Source: a virus
Virus record (IMG/VR): IMGVR_UViG_3300044844_000506
Location: 47,613 to 111,612 of that record
Reading direction: 5' to 3' (one strand)
DNA: 64,000 nt
The notes under the pieces were generated by a model, which saw nothing but the letters and a program-made list of their open reading frames with translations, did not search any database and was not told the DNA's origin. This document shows positions 9,020 through 19,564 of the stretch, piece after piece. The stretch's first letter is position 1. Every line of letters starts with the position of its first letter. Position numbers and translations under genes: made by a program.

Positions 9020-9373
9020 TTACTCCTCGTCTTCGTCTTCAGATTCTTCGTCGTACTCTTCTTCGTCGTACTCTTCACCATCGTCTTCTGATTCTTCTTC
9101 TGATTCTTCATCTGAATCGTCTTCTTCAGACTCTTCTAATGATTCATTTAGAGTATCTTCAACAGCAGTGAATACTTCTAACATAGCTGCGCTGTGCTCT
9201 AATAAAGCCTCTTCGCTGATTGGTTCAGCGAGATTTGATTGGCATAGAGGACAAACATGAGCTTCTGTTACGGGAGCCTGATCTGAGCATTCAGTTAATG
9301 CGTCTTTTTCAGTGGGTAGCCAGCTTGCACCCTCAGTAATAGCCTTTACATAATTTTTAGAAACGTGTGACAT
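9020..9373 (-). CDS. acidic prohead-core-like protein with CxxC
   Basis: 117 aa with CPLC and a poly-E/D C-terminus. Preceded by GGAG SD and CTAAATA. Confidence 0.6.
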   Translation of the reverse strand: MSHVSKNYVKAITEGASWLPTEKDALTECSDQAPVTEAHVCPLCQSNLAEPISEEALLEHSAAMLEVFTAVEDTLNESLEESEEDDSDEESEEESEDDGEEYDEEEYDEESEDEDEE

Positions 9374-9454
9374 AAATTCTCCTTAAGAGTAATCCTATCA
9401 TTATTTAGAATCCAATAAGATAAAATGAAAGAATATTTTATTTTTTGAATTATT

Positions 9455-10252
9455 TTAAGTACAGTCAAATGATCGTATAGTACCACCTTGGTTGCCAAAA
9501 TAAATAGGTCTTGATGCTGTACTTAAATAAAATGTTACTATTGTAGGACGTTCAAAGTATTCAGAAACGTAATTATTAACTGTAATAACATGAACACTAC
9601 TTAAATAAAAGTTAGTTACATCCCCAGTTAAAGTTATAACTCCAGTATTTAAATCTATTTTATATGGATAGGGGAAAGGGGGATCAACACTCATTATTTT
9701 AGGTATAGTTTCATCTTTAATGTCTTTTCCAGTATCTTCCTCTTTAATTGGAGTATAGTATTCTGGAACTACTGCTAATCTTCCAACAGAAGATAGCCAT
9801 GATTCGACATAAATTTTATTACAAGTTTGATATGTAATTAAATCAAGACTGTTAAGTTTATAATCTAAAACAGGAAGTCCAACGGTATAACCGATAGTGT
9901 TTTCAGGATCTTGTATATCTGTATATGCGTTAGCAGATTGACTCTGAGATACGGATACACCTTCATCTATCAATACATCTGTAGATCCATTATCACCTAC
10001 ATCTCCACATGAGATTTTATCTCCGTCTCTATGAATCCCTTTTCCATTAGCAAAAACTGTAGTAGATCCACCTAACACTGGACCCATTTGATGACAAGCT
10101 GGACCACAACAATGAGTTTGACCATAATTATCATCTATTCTAACAACAGGCTTATCATTAACAAAAACGTCTGGGGAACCATTTACTGAGAATGTTGGAG
10201 AGTAGCAGTGTCCCTGAGACACATCAGTTAAAGCTCTTATTGGTCTTGGCAT
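9455..10252 (-). CDS. PAAR spike-tip protein (gp5.4-like) with a C-terminal extension
   Basis: 'GHC', 'GSPDVFVND.PVVR..D', 'GSTTVFANGKGIHRDGD.ISCG' PAAR repeats in the first ~97 aa, then about 170 extra aa. Confidence 0.88.
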   Translation of the reverse strand: MPRPIRALTDVSQGHCYSPTFSVNGSPDVFVNDKPVVRIDDNYGQTHCCGPACHQMGPVLGGSTTVFANGKGIHRDGDKISCGDVGDNGSTDVLIDEGVSVSQSQSANAYTDIQDPENTIGYTVGLPVLDYKLNSLDLITYQTCNKIYVESWLSSVGRLAVVPEYYTPIKEEDTGKDIKDETIPKIMSVDPPFPYPYKIDLNTGVITLTGDVTNFYLSSVHVITVNNYVSEYFERPTIVTFYLSTASRPIYFGNQGGTIRSFDCT

Positions 10253-13200
10253 TATAGTAAGGATTCTTCTTCAGGTGGTACAGGAGGTCTTACAGGAACT
10301 TCTATAGCGTATGATAACTGGATATCTTGAAGCCCCTTACTAGATACAATTCTAGTCGGGTTTCTTCTGGATGAAGCGTCTTTATTTTTAGGGGATTTAA
10401 CATGATAAATTTTGGTGTTAGTTTTTTCACCATTTTTAAGTTTATTAATAACTTTAACATCCGCTCTTTTATTTAAAGTATACATATGCTTTCTGTCTAA
10501 TCTAGCTAATAAGTCATACCATGTAATCCCATTATCAATTTCATAATTCTCTTTAATTTCTTCAACTTTAATAACTGCGGCTCGGACTGGATCCAACTCT
10601 CTTTCTGGTATTTCTTCTGGATTCTTATATGTTTTAGTATAGTTTGTCGTATCTCCGTACCTGCAAATATAAGATTGAGTGCTATAATCTCCTGACTTAC
10701 TTTCACCTTCAGAATGTATGTAAGAGTTAAGAACCTCAAATGGGTGCTGTAACAGTCCGATATCGTTTAGCTTTTTATCTGGAGACATCTCCCATCTTAG
10801 TTCTCTAACATTCCAATCTTTTAACAATGAGTTAGCATTATAGAAGTTGTAGAAAGTTCTATTCGTTGGAGTTATTACTATAAATCTAGGAATTTTTCTT
10901 ACTAAGAAAGGATCAGTCTCATCATCTTTAAATCCAAACCCATCATAAGTTACATCTCTAAATGTAAATTTAAATGTCGTTCCACTAACAGAAGAATTAC
11001 TGTAATCAAAATAGTCCCATATAGGATCATCGTGGTTAATAGTTAACACTAACCAAGGGTATGCTCTATAAATGATATCATCATTTAAATCTTGAATATC
11101 TTGCTGGCTACTAGTTACGATATTATAATACGCATCTGTTTCTTTTATAAATGGGGAAAGCTCTGAATTATCATCAATTATTGTAGACGTATTTAATTGT
11201 AATATATAGTGGCTTAGTGGTGGATTAACACTGCTAGTTATTTCTACGTTTACATCTGGGCATGAAGCGGTTAAAAGAACCTGTTTATCAAACCCCAAAT
11301 GATACATAATTAAATGTTCATCATCATTTCTTAATACGTTAGCATTAGCTATATTTGATTCAGTTGGTATATTTATTTCTTCAGACGAGGTAATGTAACA
11401 CTGCAAAGTATCGTTGATAGTTAATTCTAATAGTACCTTGTTTCCAGATGAATCTAAAGCCTCAATAGAATCAGTGTTTTGAACATAAAAGTTTTCTTCC
11501 CCACTAGATGTAATAAAAACACATCTCTTGTTTATATCGGTAGGTAATGTATACCATAGATCTAATAAGTTTTTTGAATCATCTGTGTATTTATTTGGAT
11601 CTATAGAAAGCATTTTTTTGGGTATTAAAGACTCTCCATAGTTTCTATTCCTACTAACTGTTGTATCTATATCTGCTGATCGTGTAGAGATAGTTCTATT
11701 TGTAGCTAATGAAGATTTACTAATTCCATATCTAGATTTTTCTACTGAAGTAATATTAGGTCTAACAGTATTTACTAAAGGGATTTCTTTAGTTAATTCT
11801 TGAATATAGTCTGAATCTAGTTTATCTACCGAATCAGTTTCTATTGATCTACGAATAATATTAGAGATTTTAGTAGCATCTACAGGGACGCCATTAGTAT
11901 ATTTTAAATTATAGAGTCTTCTAAATGAACTATTTAAGCTATTTTTTATGTGGTCATCAGATATGTTAGTAGCATCTATTACTGCTTCTTCAAATGTTCC
12001 TGATTCTTTATTGATAATACGATTTATACTATAGTGGCGGATCTTACCAAATATGTTTGAGTTTTTTTCACCGTAAGTGGGTAAAAACTGAGATGGACTT
12101 AAAGAATATTTAGTATATTTTAGATCGTACTCACTTTCTGCGGTGTAACTTGATCTTGTAATTTGATCATAGTATTTTTTACCATCGCTAGTATTCAAGT
12201 TCCCAACAGGAGAATTTTCATCATAGTAAAGATTAGATATTATATTAGTGTCTATGTTTTCAGTATTAGAAATTGCTGTGAGGGTAATGGTATAAACAGT
12301 ATTAACTAATAAATTATTAAACACACAAGTATGAACATCATCAGGAACACTTAAATTAATTGTTTGAGAATTATTATTTTGATCTGTTAAAATAACTTGA
12401 GCAGTGGTATTTAATGGATTTTGTGTTGTTTGTTCTACAGTTTCAAAACCTACGTTTAATGATAGAGAGTTATTTGAAAAACTAAATAATGCTTCTTCAT
12501 TTAAAATTACAGGTATTTCTTCTTGTGGTTGTCCGTAATTAGGACATTGTACATCTACAGATAATTGATCAGATTGACCACCAAGTCCAAAAGACTGTAT
12601 ATTAACTCTATAATTTCTTAGAGGTATTAAACTAGGGTAATTTATACTTTGAGAAAAAGGAGAAACTGTTCCTATTAAATCAAAAGCATCTATAGTTTGA
12701 TTATTAAATAAATCAGTTATGATAACCGTAGAATCTGCTTGAATGTGCTGGTTAGTTGCTAAGTTAATTACTTCCCAATAAATGTTTAATACAGGAGAAT
12801 TATTTTGAATAATAATTTGTATGTCAGAATTAACAATCTCTAAATCATCTACTGGAGGTGTAGAATTAGTTGTGATTGTTCTTGTAATTGTTGCAGGATT
12901 ATACTGTACATATTGATTCCAATTTAAGTTTTTAGTAACAGTGATAGAGTAAGTATATTGTTCTCCAGGAGTTAAGCCATTAAAGTTTATAACGTGAGTT
13001 TTAGATAAATTATTATTGGTAACTTGAGCTAATATAACAGATGGGTTAGATGTTAAAAATATAAAAGCTGTAAGTCGAACTGTAAAATTTGATTGAGTAA
13101 TACAAGTTAAACTATTTTCTGATACTTGTTCTTGTGTTACAACTACAGTCAAATCTTCTTCATACGGTGGTAAATCAGGAGGAATAGGTCCACTAGGCTC

Positions 13201-13335
13201 AATAGGTTGTGGACCATCAGGAGGAGCGGGAGGAATAACAATACCGCCATCTATCCCACCAGGAAGTGGTGGGGGCAATTCCCCTGGAGGACCAAATCCA
13301 CAGGGAACTCGAAAAACAATATCTAAATCATTCAT
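10252..13335 (-). CDS. large baseplate/tail structural protein with FN3/Ig-like repeats
   Basis: 1027 aa. Pro-rich N-terminus, then three repeats of the type 'L.PG.QYTYSIT', 'LIP.RNYRVNI', 'LLVNTVYTITL'. In the baseplate operon. Confidence 0.55.
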   Translation of the reverse strand: MNDLDIVFRVPCGFGPPGELPPPLPGGIDGGIVIPPAPPDGPQPIEPSGPIPPDLPPYEEDLTVVVTQEQVSENSLTCITQSNFTVRLTAFIFLTSNPSVILAQVTNNNLSKTHVINFNGLTPGEQYTYSITVTKNLNWNQYVQYNPATITRTITTNSTPPVDDLEIVNSDIQIIIQNNSPVLNIYWEVINLATNQHIQADSTVIITDLFNNQTIDAFDLIGTVSPFSQSINYPSLIPLRNYRVNIQSFGLGGQSDQLSVDVQCPNYGQPQEEIPVILNEEALFSFSNNSLSLNVGFETVEQTTQNPLNTTAQVILTDQNNNSQTINLSVPDDVHTCVFNNLLVNTVYTITLTAISNTENIDTNIISNLYYDENSPVGNLNTSDGKKYYDQITRSSYTAESEYDLKYTKYSLSPSQFLPTYGEKNSNIFGKIRHYSINRIINKESGTFEEAVIDATNISDDHIKNSLNSSFRRLYNLKYTNGVPVDATKISNIIRRSIETDSVDKLDSDYIQELTKEIPLVNTVRPNITSVEKSRYGISKSSLATNRTISTRSADIDTTVSRNRNYGESLIPKKMLSIDPNKYTDDSKNLLDLWYTLPTDINKRCVFITSSGEENFYVQNTDSIEALDSSGNKVLLELTINDTLQCYITSSEEINIPTESNIANANVLRNDDEHLIMYHLGFDKQVLLTASCPDVNVEITSSVNPPLSHYILQLNTSTIIDDNSELSPFIKETDAYYNIVTSSQQDIQDLNDDIIYRAYPWLVLTINHDDPIWDYFDYSNSSVSGTTFKFTFRDVTYDGFGFKDDETDPFLVRKIPRFIVITPTNRTFYNFYNANSLLKDWNVRELRWEMSPDKKLNDIGLLQHPFEVLNSYIHSEGESKSGDYSTQSYICRYGDTTNYTKTYKNPEEIPERELDPVRAAVIKVEEIKENYEIDNGITWYDLLARLDRKHMYTLNKRADVKVINKLKNGEKTNTKIYHVKSPKNKDASSRRNPTRIVSSKGLQDIQLSYAIEVPVRPPVPPEEESLL

Positions 13336-13338
13336 CGT

Positions 13339-15618
13339 TTACTTTAAAGTAATTACGGATTGAGATGTGCCTTGAGCTAGTGTCTTAAAGAAATAAGTTG
13401 TTGGATATGCAGTAACTTTAAAAGATACTGTAGGATAGGTGCATACTCCCATGTAAGGAGCTTTAGTTGTAGCAGCACCTCCTAAGAAGTTAGATATAGA
13501 CATATTATTAGTTGATCCTGTAGGTAATCCCATATCTGAGTTTCTAACTACAAAACCAGAATACCCATAAGAATCTCTATTTAGCCTAGGTTCAAATCCT
13601 TGGCCTATTGCAATTACAGCATTGTTAGTTCTTGGGGTTACAGCACTCCATGCAACATAAATAATAAATCTATCAGATTTCTTTTCCACCCAAATTCCAG
13701 CGGAAGAGCCATCATCTAAGTTATATTGATTTCCTGATTCACTGCTTTTTTTAGTTTGAGGAATACAATTTTCAAATTGACACTCAACTGTATAATCATT
13801 CATCCAAGGAACAGCAGCTTTATCAATTATAATTTCCTTCTTACACCAATGCATACCCCAAGTTAATGTACTACCATTAACATAAACTCCAGTTCCTAAT
13901 CTTTTTTCTGCTGAAGATATACTATTTCCATTAGTACCAGAATCAAATTGACGATTTTGATTTAATAAATAAGTATTTATGTAGTCATTTCTTCTTTGAC
14001 CTTTATCAGTAGTTGATCCTGTTGGGGGGTTCATAGTCCAATATTCAGCATAATCCCAATCAGGTAAAACAGGAGCTTCAGAAAAAGGTAAGGCAGAATC
14101 TCCAATACCATTTAATTCTTTTGCTGCTAATCTGATAGCACCCTCAGGACCAAACTTTCTGCCTCCCCAAATTGTTCCACCAGCAACTACTCTAGGCTTT
14201 AAATCCTGAGATCCCCCTGATCCAGTATTAACAGTTTGAATAACTTTATCGTATAAGTCTCGTAATTCTCTATCTAATTGTGCTGTTCCTACTACGCTAT
14301 TAGCTGGAGAAATAGGAGGAGTTGCCATTAAAATACCAGCACGTTCGTTGTATGTTAATTCAGCAGTTCTAAAGAATGGTCTAATATCAATAACATCTGA
14401 TGGTGCTATGACTGGTTGACCACCTACATTTATAGTTGCATTCTTTCTTACTACTACATAGCAAACTGGAAATACAGATTGACCAACTAATTGAATATTA
14501 TCTGATTCTAGATTCTCAACAATATTTGGAGCCATATTCATCAGATCTTCTGGTGAAGGGAAAGATCCATGAATACCTAAACTCTTAAAACCATTATTAG
14601 TATTTTGTTGGTCTGCTACGCTTGCTAATATCTCAAATGGCTCAGATGGAGCACTTTCACTAATTACATAGTGAGTAGGGTTTCCTGGAGTATTAGATTC
14701 CTTGATGGTAAATAATCCAGCACCTTTAACTAAACCTAAAATAGGTTTGTTAATAGTTTGTGGTTCGTAAGTTGCACCAGGATATTTAGCAATTGTTGTA
14801 GACGATGCATCTATTGGATGTGAATAAATGAAAACTAAATCTATTCGGTAGTCAGCATCAATTAATTCATCTTCACCAGTATCACTATTTCTAACTTTAA
14901 AATCATTGGGATCGTATGCAGGTACTTCTAATGTTAGTTCTTCATCTACACTTACTACAGCTAATCTGCCTACACCTCTGTACATTCTGACTAATTCTGT
15001 AGATAATTTTTGAAGAACAGAAGGCTCTAGTAGTTGATTAATTATTAATGGAGTATAGTTTACCTTAGCATACAAAGGTAAATCGTAACTTCCTGGACCA
15101 GTTGAGATATTAGTATTAGCATTTGCATTATATGCTGTCTCTAATGTGCTTCCTTCAGGATAATCAGGTTGCCAAAAAGAAGTTTGTTCTGTTAAACCGT
15201 TCAAGAATAAAGCATCTCCAGCAACATTACTTCTAATTCTGCGAATGATTTCTTTTAAACTAGCGTAAGGAAAATCTGTAGTATTGTCATAATACTTTCC
15301 TACACCTGGAATCCAGTTTAACAATTTAAGACTCTGCATACGAGTCTTACCGTAAGCGTCATTTATACGAGCATGGTACTGACCAGGATTAACGTGAATT
15401 ACATTATCCGATCCATTTGCATAGGGTTTTAGTTCCTGGAATCCTGCTCTAGTTCCACTTTCATCTGTAATCCCTGAGTCAATTTGATCTTTTAACCATC
15501 TATCATTTTCCATTAGCTGCTGTAGAGGTAAATTATCTACAACATAATGATAAGGATCATTTGCTTTAAATACTCGGATAGGGTCTGTAAATTTGTGTGA
15601 GCTACTCTTAAATGTCAT
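13339..15618 (-). CDS. baseplate/tail structural protein
   Basis: 759 aa in the baseplate operon. 'FKANDPY..VDN.PL.QL..ND.WLKDQI' looks like a fibre-attachment N-terminus. Confidence 0.55.
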   Translation of the reverse strand: MTFKSSSHKFTDPIRVFKANDPYHYVVDNLPLQQLMENDRWLKDQIDSGITDESGTRAGFQELKPYANGSDNVIHVNPGQYHARINDAYGKTRMQSLKLLNWIPGVGKYYDNTTDFPYASLKEIIRRIRSNVAGDALFLNGLTEQTSFWQPDYPEGSTLETAYNANANTNISTGPGSYDLPLYAKVNYTPLIINQLLEPSVLQKLSTELVRMYRGVGRLAVVSVDEELTLEVPAYDPNDFKVRNSDTGEDELIDADYRIDLVFIYSHPIDASSTTIAKYPGATYEPQTINKPILGLVKGAGLFTIKESNTPGNPTHYVISESAPSEPFEILASVADQQNTNNGFKSLGIHGSFPSPEDLMNMAPNIVENLESDNIQLVGQSVFPVCYVVVRKNATINVGGQPVIAPSDVIDIRPFFRTAELTYNERAGILMATPPISPANSVVGTAQLDRELRDLYDKVIQTVNTGSGGSQDLKPRVVAGGTIWGGRKFGPEGAIRLAAKELNGIGDSALPFSEAPVLPDWDYAEYWTMNPPTGSTTDKGQRRNDYINTYLLNQNRQFDSGTNGNSISSAEKRLGTGVYVNGSTLTWGMHWCKKEIIIDKAAVPWMNDYTVECQFENCIPQTKKSSESGNQYNLDDGSSAGIWVEKKSDRFIIYVAWSAVTPRTNNAVIAIGQGFEPRLNRDSYGYSGFVVRNSDMGLPTGSTNNMSISNFLGGAATTKAPYMGVCTYPTVSFKVTAYPTTYFFKTLAQGTSQSVITLK

Positions 15619-15697
15619 AGTTTAACACCTCACGGGCATTATTTTGGTTTGGGGCATCAGCCACCTGGTTTTTTTGTTTTTATTCTGATTGTGCCCA

Positions 15698-18600
15698 TTA
15701 ATTTTTCCTTGACAAATCAAAGATATTTACTGACAACAATCCAAATCCATGTCCAATAGCTGAAGTAGAGAAAGACTCAGAGCCTTCAGTATTTCTACTT
15801 CTATAAATAGTGCAGAATGGTACTCTTCCTGATCTAGCGGTAGCTCCGTTCTTTGCATTAGCAAAAGTATCTGCTGCGGATTCATCAAGTCTAATTCTAG
15901 TTCTATAGGAAGAATCAATCATAGCAGAAGTTGTTAAGAAAGCTGAAGCAGATCCTAACGTCTTATAGATCGAGGATACTTCAGGTGCAGCACTTACTGA
16001 TCCAGAAGGATTGTATCCTTGTGCCCAAGTTTGATACGCAGAGTTATAAATTAAACCTGTGGTGTAGTAGTTTAAGAACTTAGCTGCACCATCAACTGCA
16101 ACCATGAGCCTGAATGGTCCGTAGTTTGTTCCTGCTGTAGCTCCTGAAGCTCCATAGAAGTCTAGAACACTTAGCCTACCTGTATCAGGGACCGTAGTTG
16201 GAGCAGCAGAGGCTGGAACTCCACCAGATAAGTATACAGCAGAAGGACCATAGTAACCTGCTAAACTTGGATATAAACCACTTACTGAACAGTAAGAAGC
16301 ATTTAAGAATGAGTCAGGGCCAATGTTCCATATTCTTAATAAATCACAATTACCACCAGAACTGACATCATACAAGATTCCTGAGGTATTATCCCATCCA
16401 CAAGGGAAGTGTACGTTCTTAACATTAACAATACTTCCATCAATGGCTCTTACACACATACCACCAGTAGAATACTTGAGTATATCTGCGTTAGCCCCAA
16501 CTAAATTCCAATCTAGTAATATACTATCAGTAGTTACTACGTTATTAGTTTCTAGTCCAGCGTTACCACCAGTTTCTCCAATATCATATCTTGTAGGAGT
16601 TCCTATTACAGCAGTTTCATCTTGTCCATTTGGATAAAACTGCATATAGCCAGCAGAAACATAAGTTTGAATGTTTAGTCCATTATTCTGATTATAGTCT
16701 GTTGATGAGGTTTGTGATGCGGGCCAGAAAGAATTAAAATCTCCTAAGTTTTCCATATTGATTATGGAATTCTTATTAGCAACTAAACAAGCTCTTGTTG
16801 AATGTAATTCAATCAAGCTATGATTAGTAGCTGATGATAGATCAAACGAGGATGCTAATATATTACCTTCATCGTCTCTGTGTGGTACAAAGTTAATTAC
16901 AGATCCATTCTCTGCTAGTACGTCAATACCTGCATTACAAATTAAAGTTGGACCTTGGAATTCAACTATTGAATTATTATTAGCATATACGTTTGCAGTG
17001 TATTTCTGTGCAGCATAGATAGGTGGACCTTGTAAGAACGAGATCTTACTACCATCACCAGCACAAACTAATTTAGAGTTATCACTTACGTTTGCAAGTA
17101 ATCCATAGATTACTTTATTAGATCCTGCAAATCCACTTTGATTATTTGTTATGTAAGGTCTAATAAGTTTAGCTGTAGAGTTATTTGAAATCTTTACTGC
17201 TGGAACGCTAATCTCATTTCCTAACTCCTCTACTGTTCCTGTAGAATACTTAACATAGAATGGACCGTACTTAGTTGGTAAACTTGCCCCTTCTGTGTAC
17301 ATTAACTGACTATTATTAAGATCTAAGTTTATTCCGTTACGATGGAAATACAACTGACCATAGCCATCTAAATCTACTGACTTAGTAAATTGATATAAGT
17401 CTGGGTTATATTGTATATGAGACTGATCAGCTTTTAATCCAGCAGTTTGATTATATTCAAATGTTCCTTCATTTAAAGATAAGTCAGATTCTACCATCCA
17501 CATTCCAATATCATTAGAATGCACATCTAGTCTTCCAGGAACTTCCATAGTAGATTCATTCATCTTAATTCCTATGTTGTTATGGAAAGATTGAATGAAT
17601 GTCATTCCTGATGCAGAAGTTACGTCTTTTCTTGAAGTTCCACCAGACCACTTAGAATTAATTAACTCAATACCATAGTAATTTTTAGTAGAATGAATTA
17701 TAGCCTCTACACCTGAAACATAAGGTGAACTACTAACAACAATATTACTATTTATTGCTCTAATGCCAGCAGATTTATATGAAGATTTAATTCTAGAAGT
17801 TACGAGTGTATAGTTACGCATTGAAACTATACCTCTATTGATTACTACTTCAGATGATGTAAATTTAAATCCTGCTTCTTTACAACGAATTGCTAAAGAG
17901 TTTTCTAATATTACTCTACTATTCTGAATATCAAAACCATTTACAGTATTGTGTTCTAAGTTTGATAGTTGTGCTAATCCACCATCTACGGCAAAATTTC
18001 TAATATAGATAGGTCCATTACAATTTGTAACATTTATTTGATTAAAATAGTTACCGTAGAAATAACCTGTAATTGGATAAGAGGAGACTGTTGCTACCTT
18101 AATATCAACTCGACCATTAGTTTCTACGTTAGTATTGCTACCAGTCATATAACTGTCATCTAACGTATTATAAGATTTAAAGTCTGCACTACTTGAGAAG
18201 TCTCTAGTTTCATCATACTCTAAAGGATTCAAAGAACTAGCATTAGCATTACTAAAAATTGTTGCACTTGTACTAGTTGATGGAACAGATAATATGGAAG
18301 AGCCTGGGCCTGTTGCAACTGCTAAATCTTGATATCCATGTGCTCTATTGTAATAAACAATACAATTTGATTTATTCCATCTAGTATCAGCAGATACATC
18401 AACTGAACTACAAACTTTTGTATTTATAGATACAGCACTTGTTGCAGCAAGTGTATCAAATAAATCACCTGAAGAAGGTTGTGAGTTAACACCAACTAAT
18501 ACAGTCTTAAGTCCTGTAGAAGTTTTACCATAAATTTTAGAGAAGTTTCGGTTTACTATTTCTAATCCACCGTTATCTTTAAATTTTAGGTTTCTTAAAT

Positions 18601-18964
18601 CTAAAGTACCTAAGTTTCCGAAACTAGCAACTTCAATAATTATAGGATGAGCAATAACTTCAGGTAGTGCTAAAATAGCTGCACTTACAGACTTATAAAC
18701 TAAACCACTTGATTCACCTGCAAATCCAGCATCAGCAGAAACAGCCATCATCATTCCAGGGATACCACTAAATCCATTAGCTGTAGGATACCCCATCTTC
18801 TCCCAAAGATAATGGGTACGCTCATCTAGATCATAGAGTGGTTCGTTGTCTTGTTCCCAGTTATAAAATGAACTGGAATCAAATTTTGTAACGTGATCTG
18901 TCCAGCTATTATAAAGAGAGGCTGTTCCGCTTGCTAAGTAAAGATCTGATGCTATAAATGCCAT
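15698..18964 (-). CDS. tail spike-like protein with a probable parallel beta-helix
   Basis: 1088 aa. N-terminal 'EPLYDLDERTHYLWE', then many 'N..GI...NS' turns suggesting a pectin-lyase-type fold. Confidence 0.6.
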   Translation of the reverse strand: MAFIASDLYLASGTASLYNSWTDHVTKFDSSSFYNWEQDNEPLYDLDERTHYLWEKMGYPTANGFSGIPGMMMAVSADAGFAGESSGLVYKSVSAAILALPEVIAHPIIIEVASFGNLGTLDLRNLKFKDNGGLEIVNRNFSKIYGKTSTGLKTVLVGVNSQPSSGDLFDTLAATSAVSINTKVCSSVDVSADTRWNKSNCIVYYNRAHGYQDLAVATGPGSSILSVPSTSTSATIFSNANASSLNPLEYDETRDFSSSADFKSYNTLDDSYMTGSNTNVETNGRVDIKVATVSSYPITGYFYGNYFNQINVTNCNGPIYIRNFAVDGGLAQLSNLEHNTVNGFDIQNSRVILENSLAIRCKEAGFKFTSSEVVINRGIVSMRNYTLVTSRIKSSYKSAGIRAINSNIVVSSSPYVSGVEAIIHSTKNYYGIELINSKWSGGTSRKDVTSASGMTFIQSFHNNIGIKMNESTMEVPGRLDVHSNDIGMWMVESDLSLNEGTFEYNQTAGLKADQSHIQYNPDLYQFTKSVDLDGYGQLYFHRNGINLDLNNSQLMYTEGASLPTKYGPFYVKYSTGTVEELGNEISVPAVKISNNSTAKLIRPYITNNQSGFAGSNKVIYGLLANVSDNSKLVCAGDGSKISFLQGPPIYAAQKYTANVYANNNSIVEFQGPTLICNAGIDVLAENGSVINFVPHRDDEGNILASSFDLSSATNHSLIELHSTRACLVANKNSIINMENLGDFNSFWPASQTSSTDYNQNNGLNIQTYVSAGYMQFYPNGQDETAVIGTPTRYDIGETGGNAGLETNNVVTTDSILLDWNLVGANADILKYSTGGMCVRAIDGSIVNVKNVHFPCGWDNTSGILYDVSSGGNCDLLRIWNIGPDSFLNASYCSVSGLYPSLAGYYGPSAVYLSGGVPASAAPTTVPDTGRLSVLDFYGASGATAGTNYGPFRLMVAVDGAAKFLNYYTTGLIYNSAYQTWAQGYNPSGSVSAAPEVSSIYKTLGSASAFLTTSAMIDSSYRTRIRLDESAADTFANAKNGATARSGRVPFCTIYRSRNTEGSESFSTSAIGHGFGLLSVNIFDLSRKN

Positions 18965-18974
18965 ATTTTATACT

Positions 18975-19547
18975 CTAGAAATGTATTGTCCATCTAAACA
19001 AAATGCTAAAATCATTAGTCTTTTCAAGACTTGTAAAATACCTATAAGCGACTAATACAGATTCTGTCGTAGCCTGCCCTGTTGGATTTTTCATGAAAAG
19101 CCCAATTTCATTTAGTGGTTCAGTTATATTTAGGGCATTTTCAGGTATTACTATATTAAATCTAACACTAGTAGCAGATGCTTTTTGTATGTTCTGCGCT
19201 GGTATGATTATAAATGGTTGATCTGTAACAACAGACCCGTTTTGATAATGACTATGTTGAGTAACAGGTAAATCTGTACCGCTTAGTTGATTAAAAGGAA
19301 CACAGGAGGCTAATTTAAAAGTAGAAACCCCGTAGTTTGAAGTTCCTGATATACCTAACTGAGAATACTTAATTTGATAGTCTAAAATATTAGTAGAGCC
19401 TAATTCACTAAATAAATGAGCTAGTCCGTAACCCATTCCAGATACAATGACGTTATGGTCTTTCCAATGGATCTCTTCTCGCCCATCTGAATAGACTTTA
19501 ATAATTTCTAAGTAGCCCCGTGTTTTTAAACTATCTTCTTTTCTCAT
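18975..19547 (-). CDS. baseplate anchor protein (P2 gpH-N / tail-collar-like domain)
   Basis: 'HNVIV..G..LA.LF', 'NEIGLF', 'LVAYR.F..LEKT.DFS..FRWTI.F'. Paralogous to the N-terminus of 19565..22036 and to 22033..23052. Confidence 0.65.
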   Translation of the reverse strand: MRKEDSLKTRGYLEIIKVYSDGREEIHWKDHNVIVSGMGYGLAHLFSELGSTNILDYQIKYSQLGISGTSNYGVSTFKLASCVPFNQLSGTDLPVTQHSHYQNGSVVTDQPFIIIPAQNIQKASATSVRFNIVIPENALNITEPLNEIGLFMKNPTGQATTESVLVAYRYFTSLEKTNDFSILFRWTIHF

Positions 19548-19564
19548 CTCTTATTTATATAGGG

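Noticed and set aside
9012-9260. Ser-rich plus-strand ORF
   Set aside because: It is the antisense shadow of the poly-Glu/Asp tail of 9020..9373.
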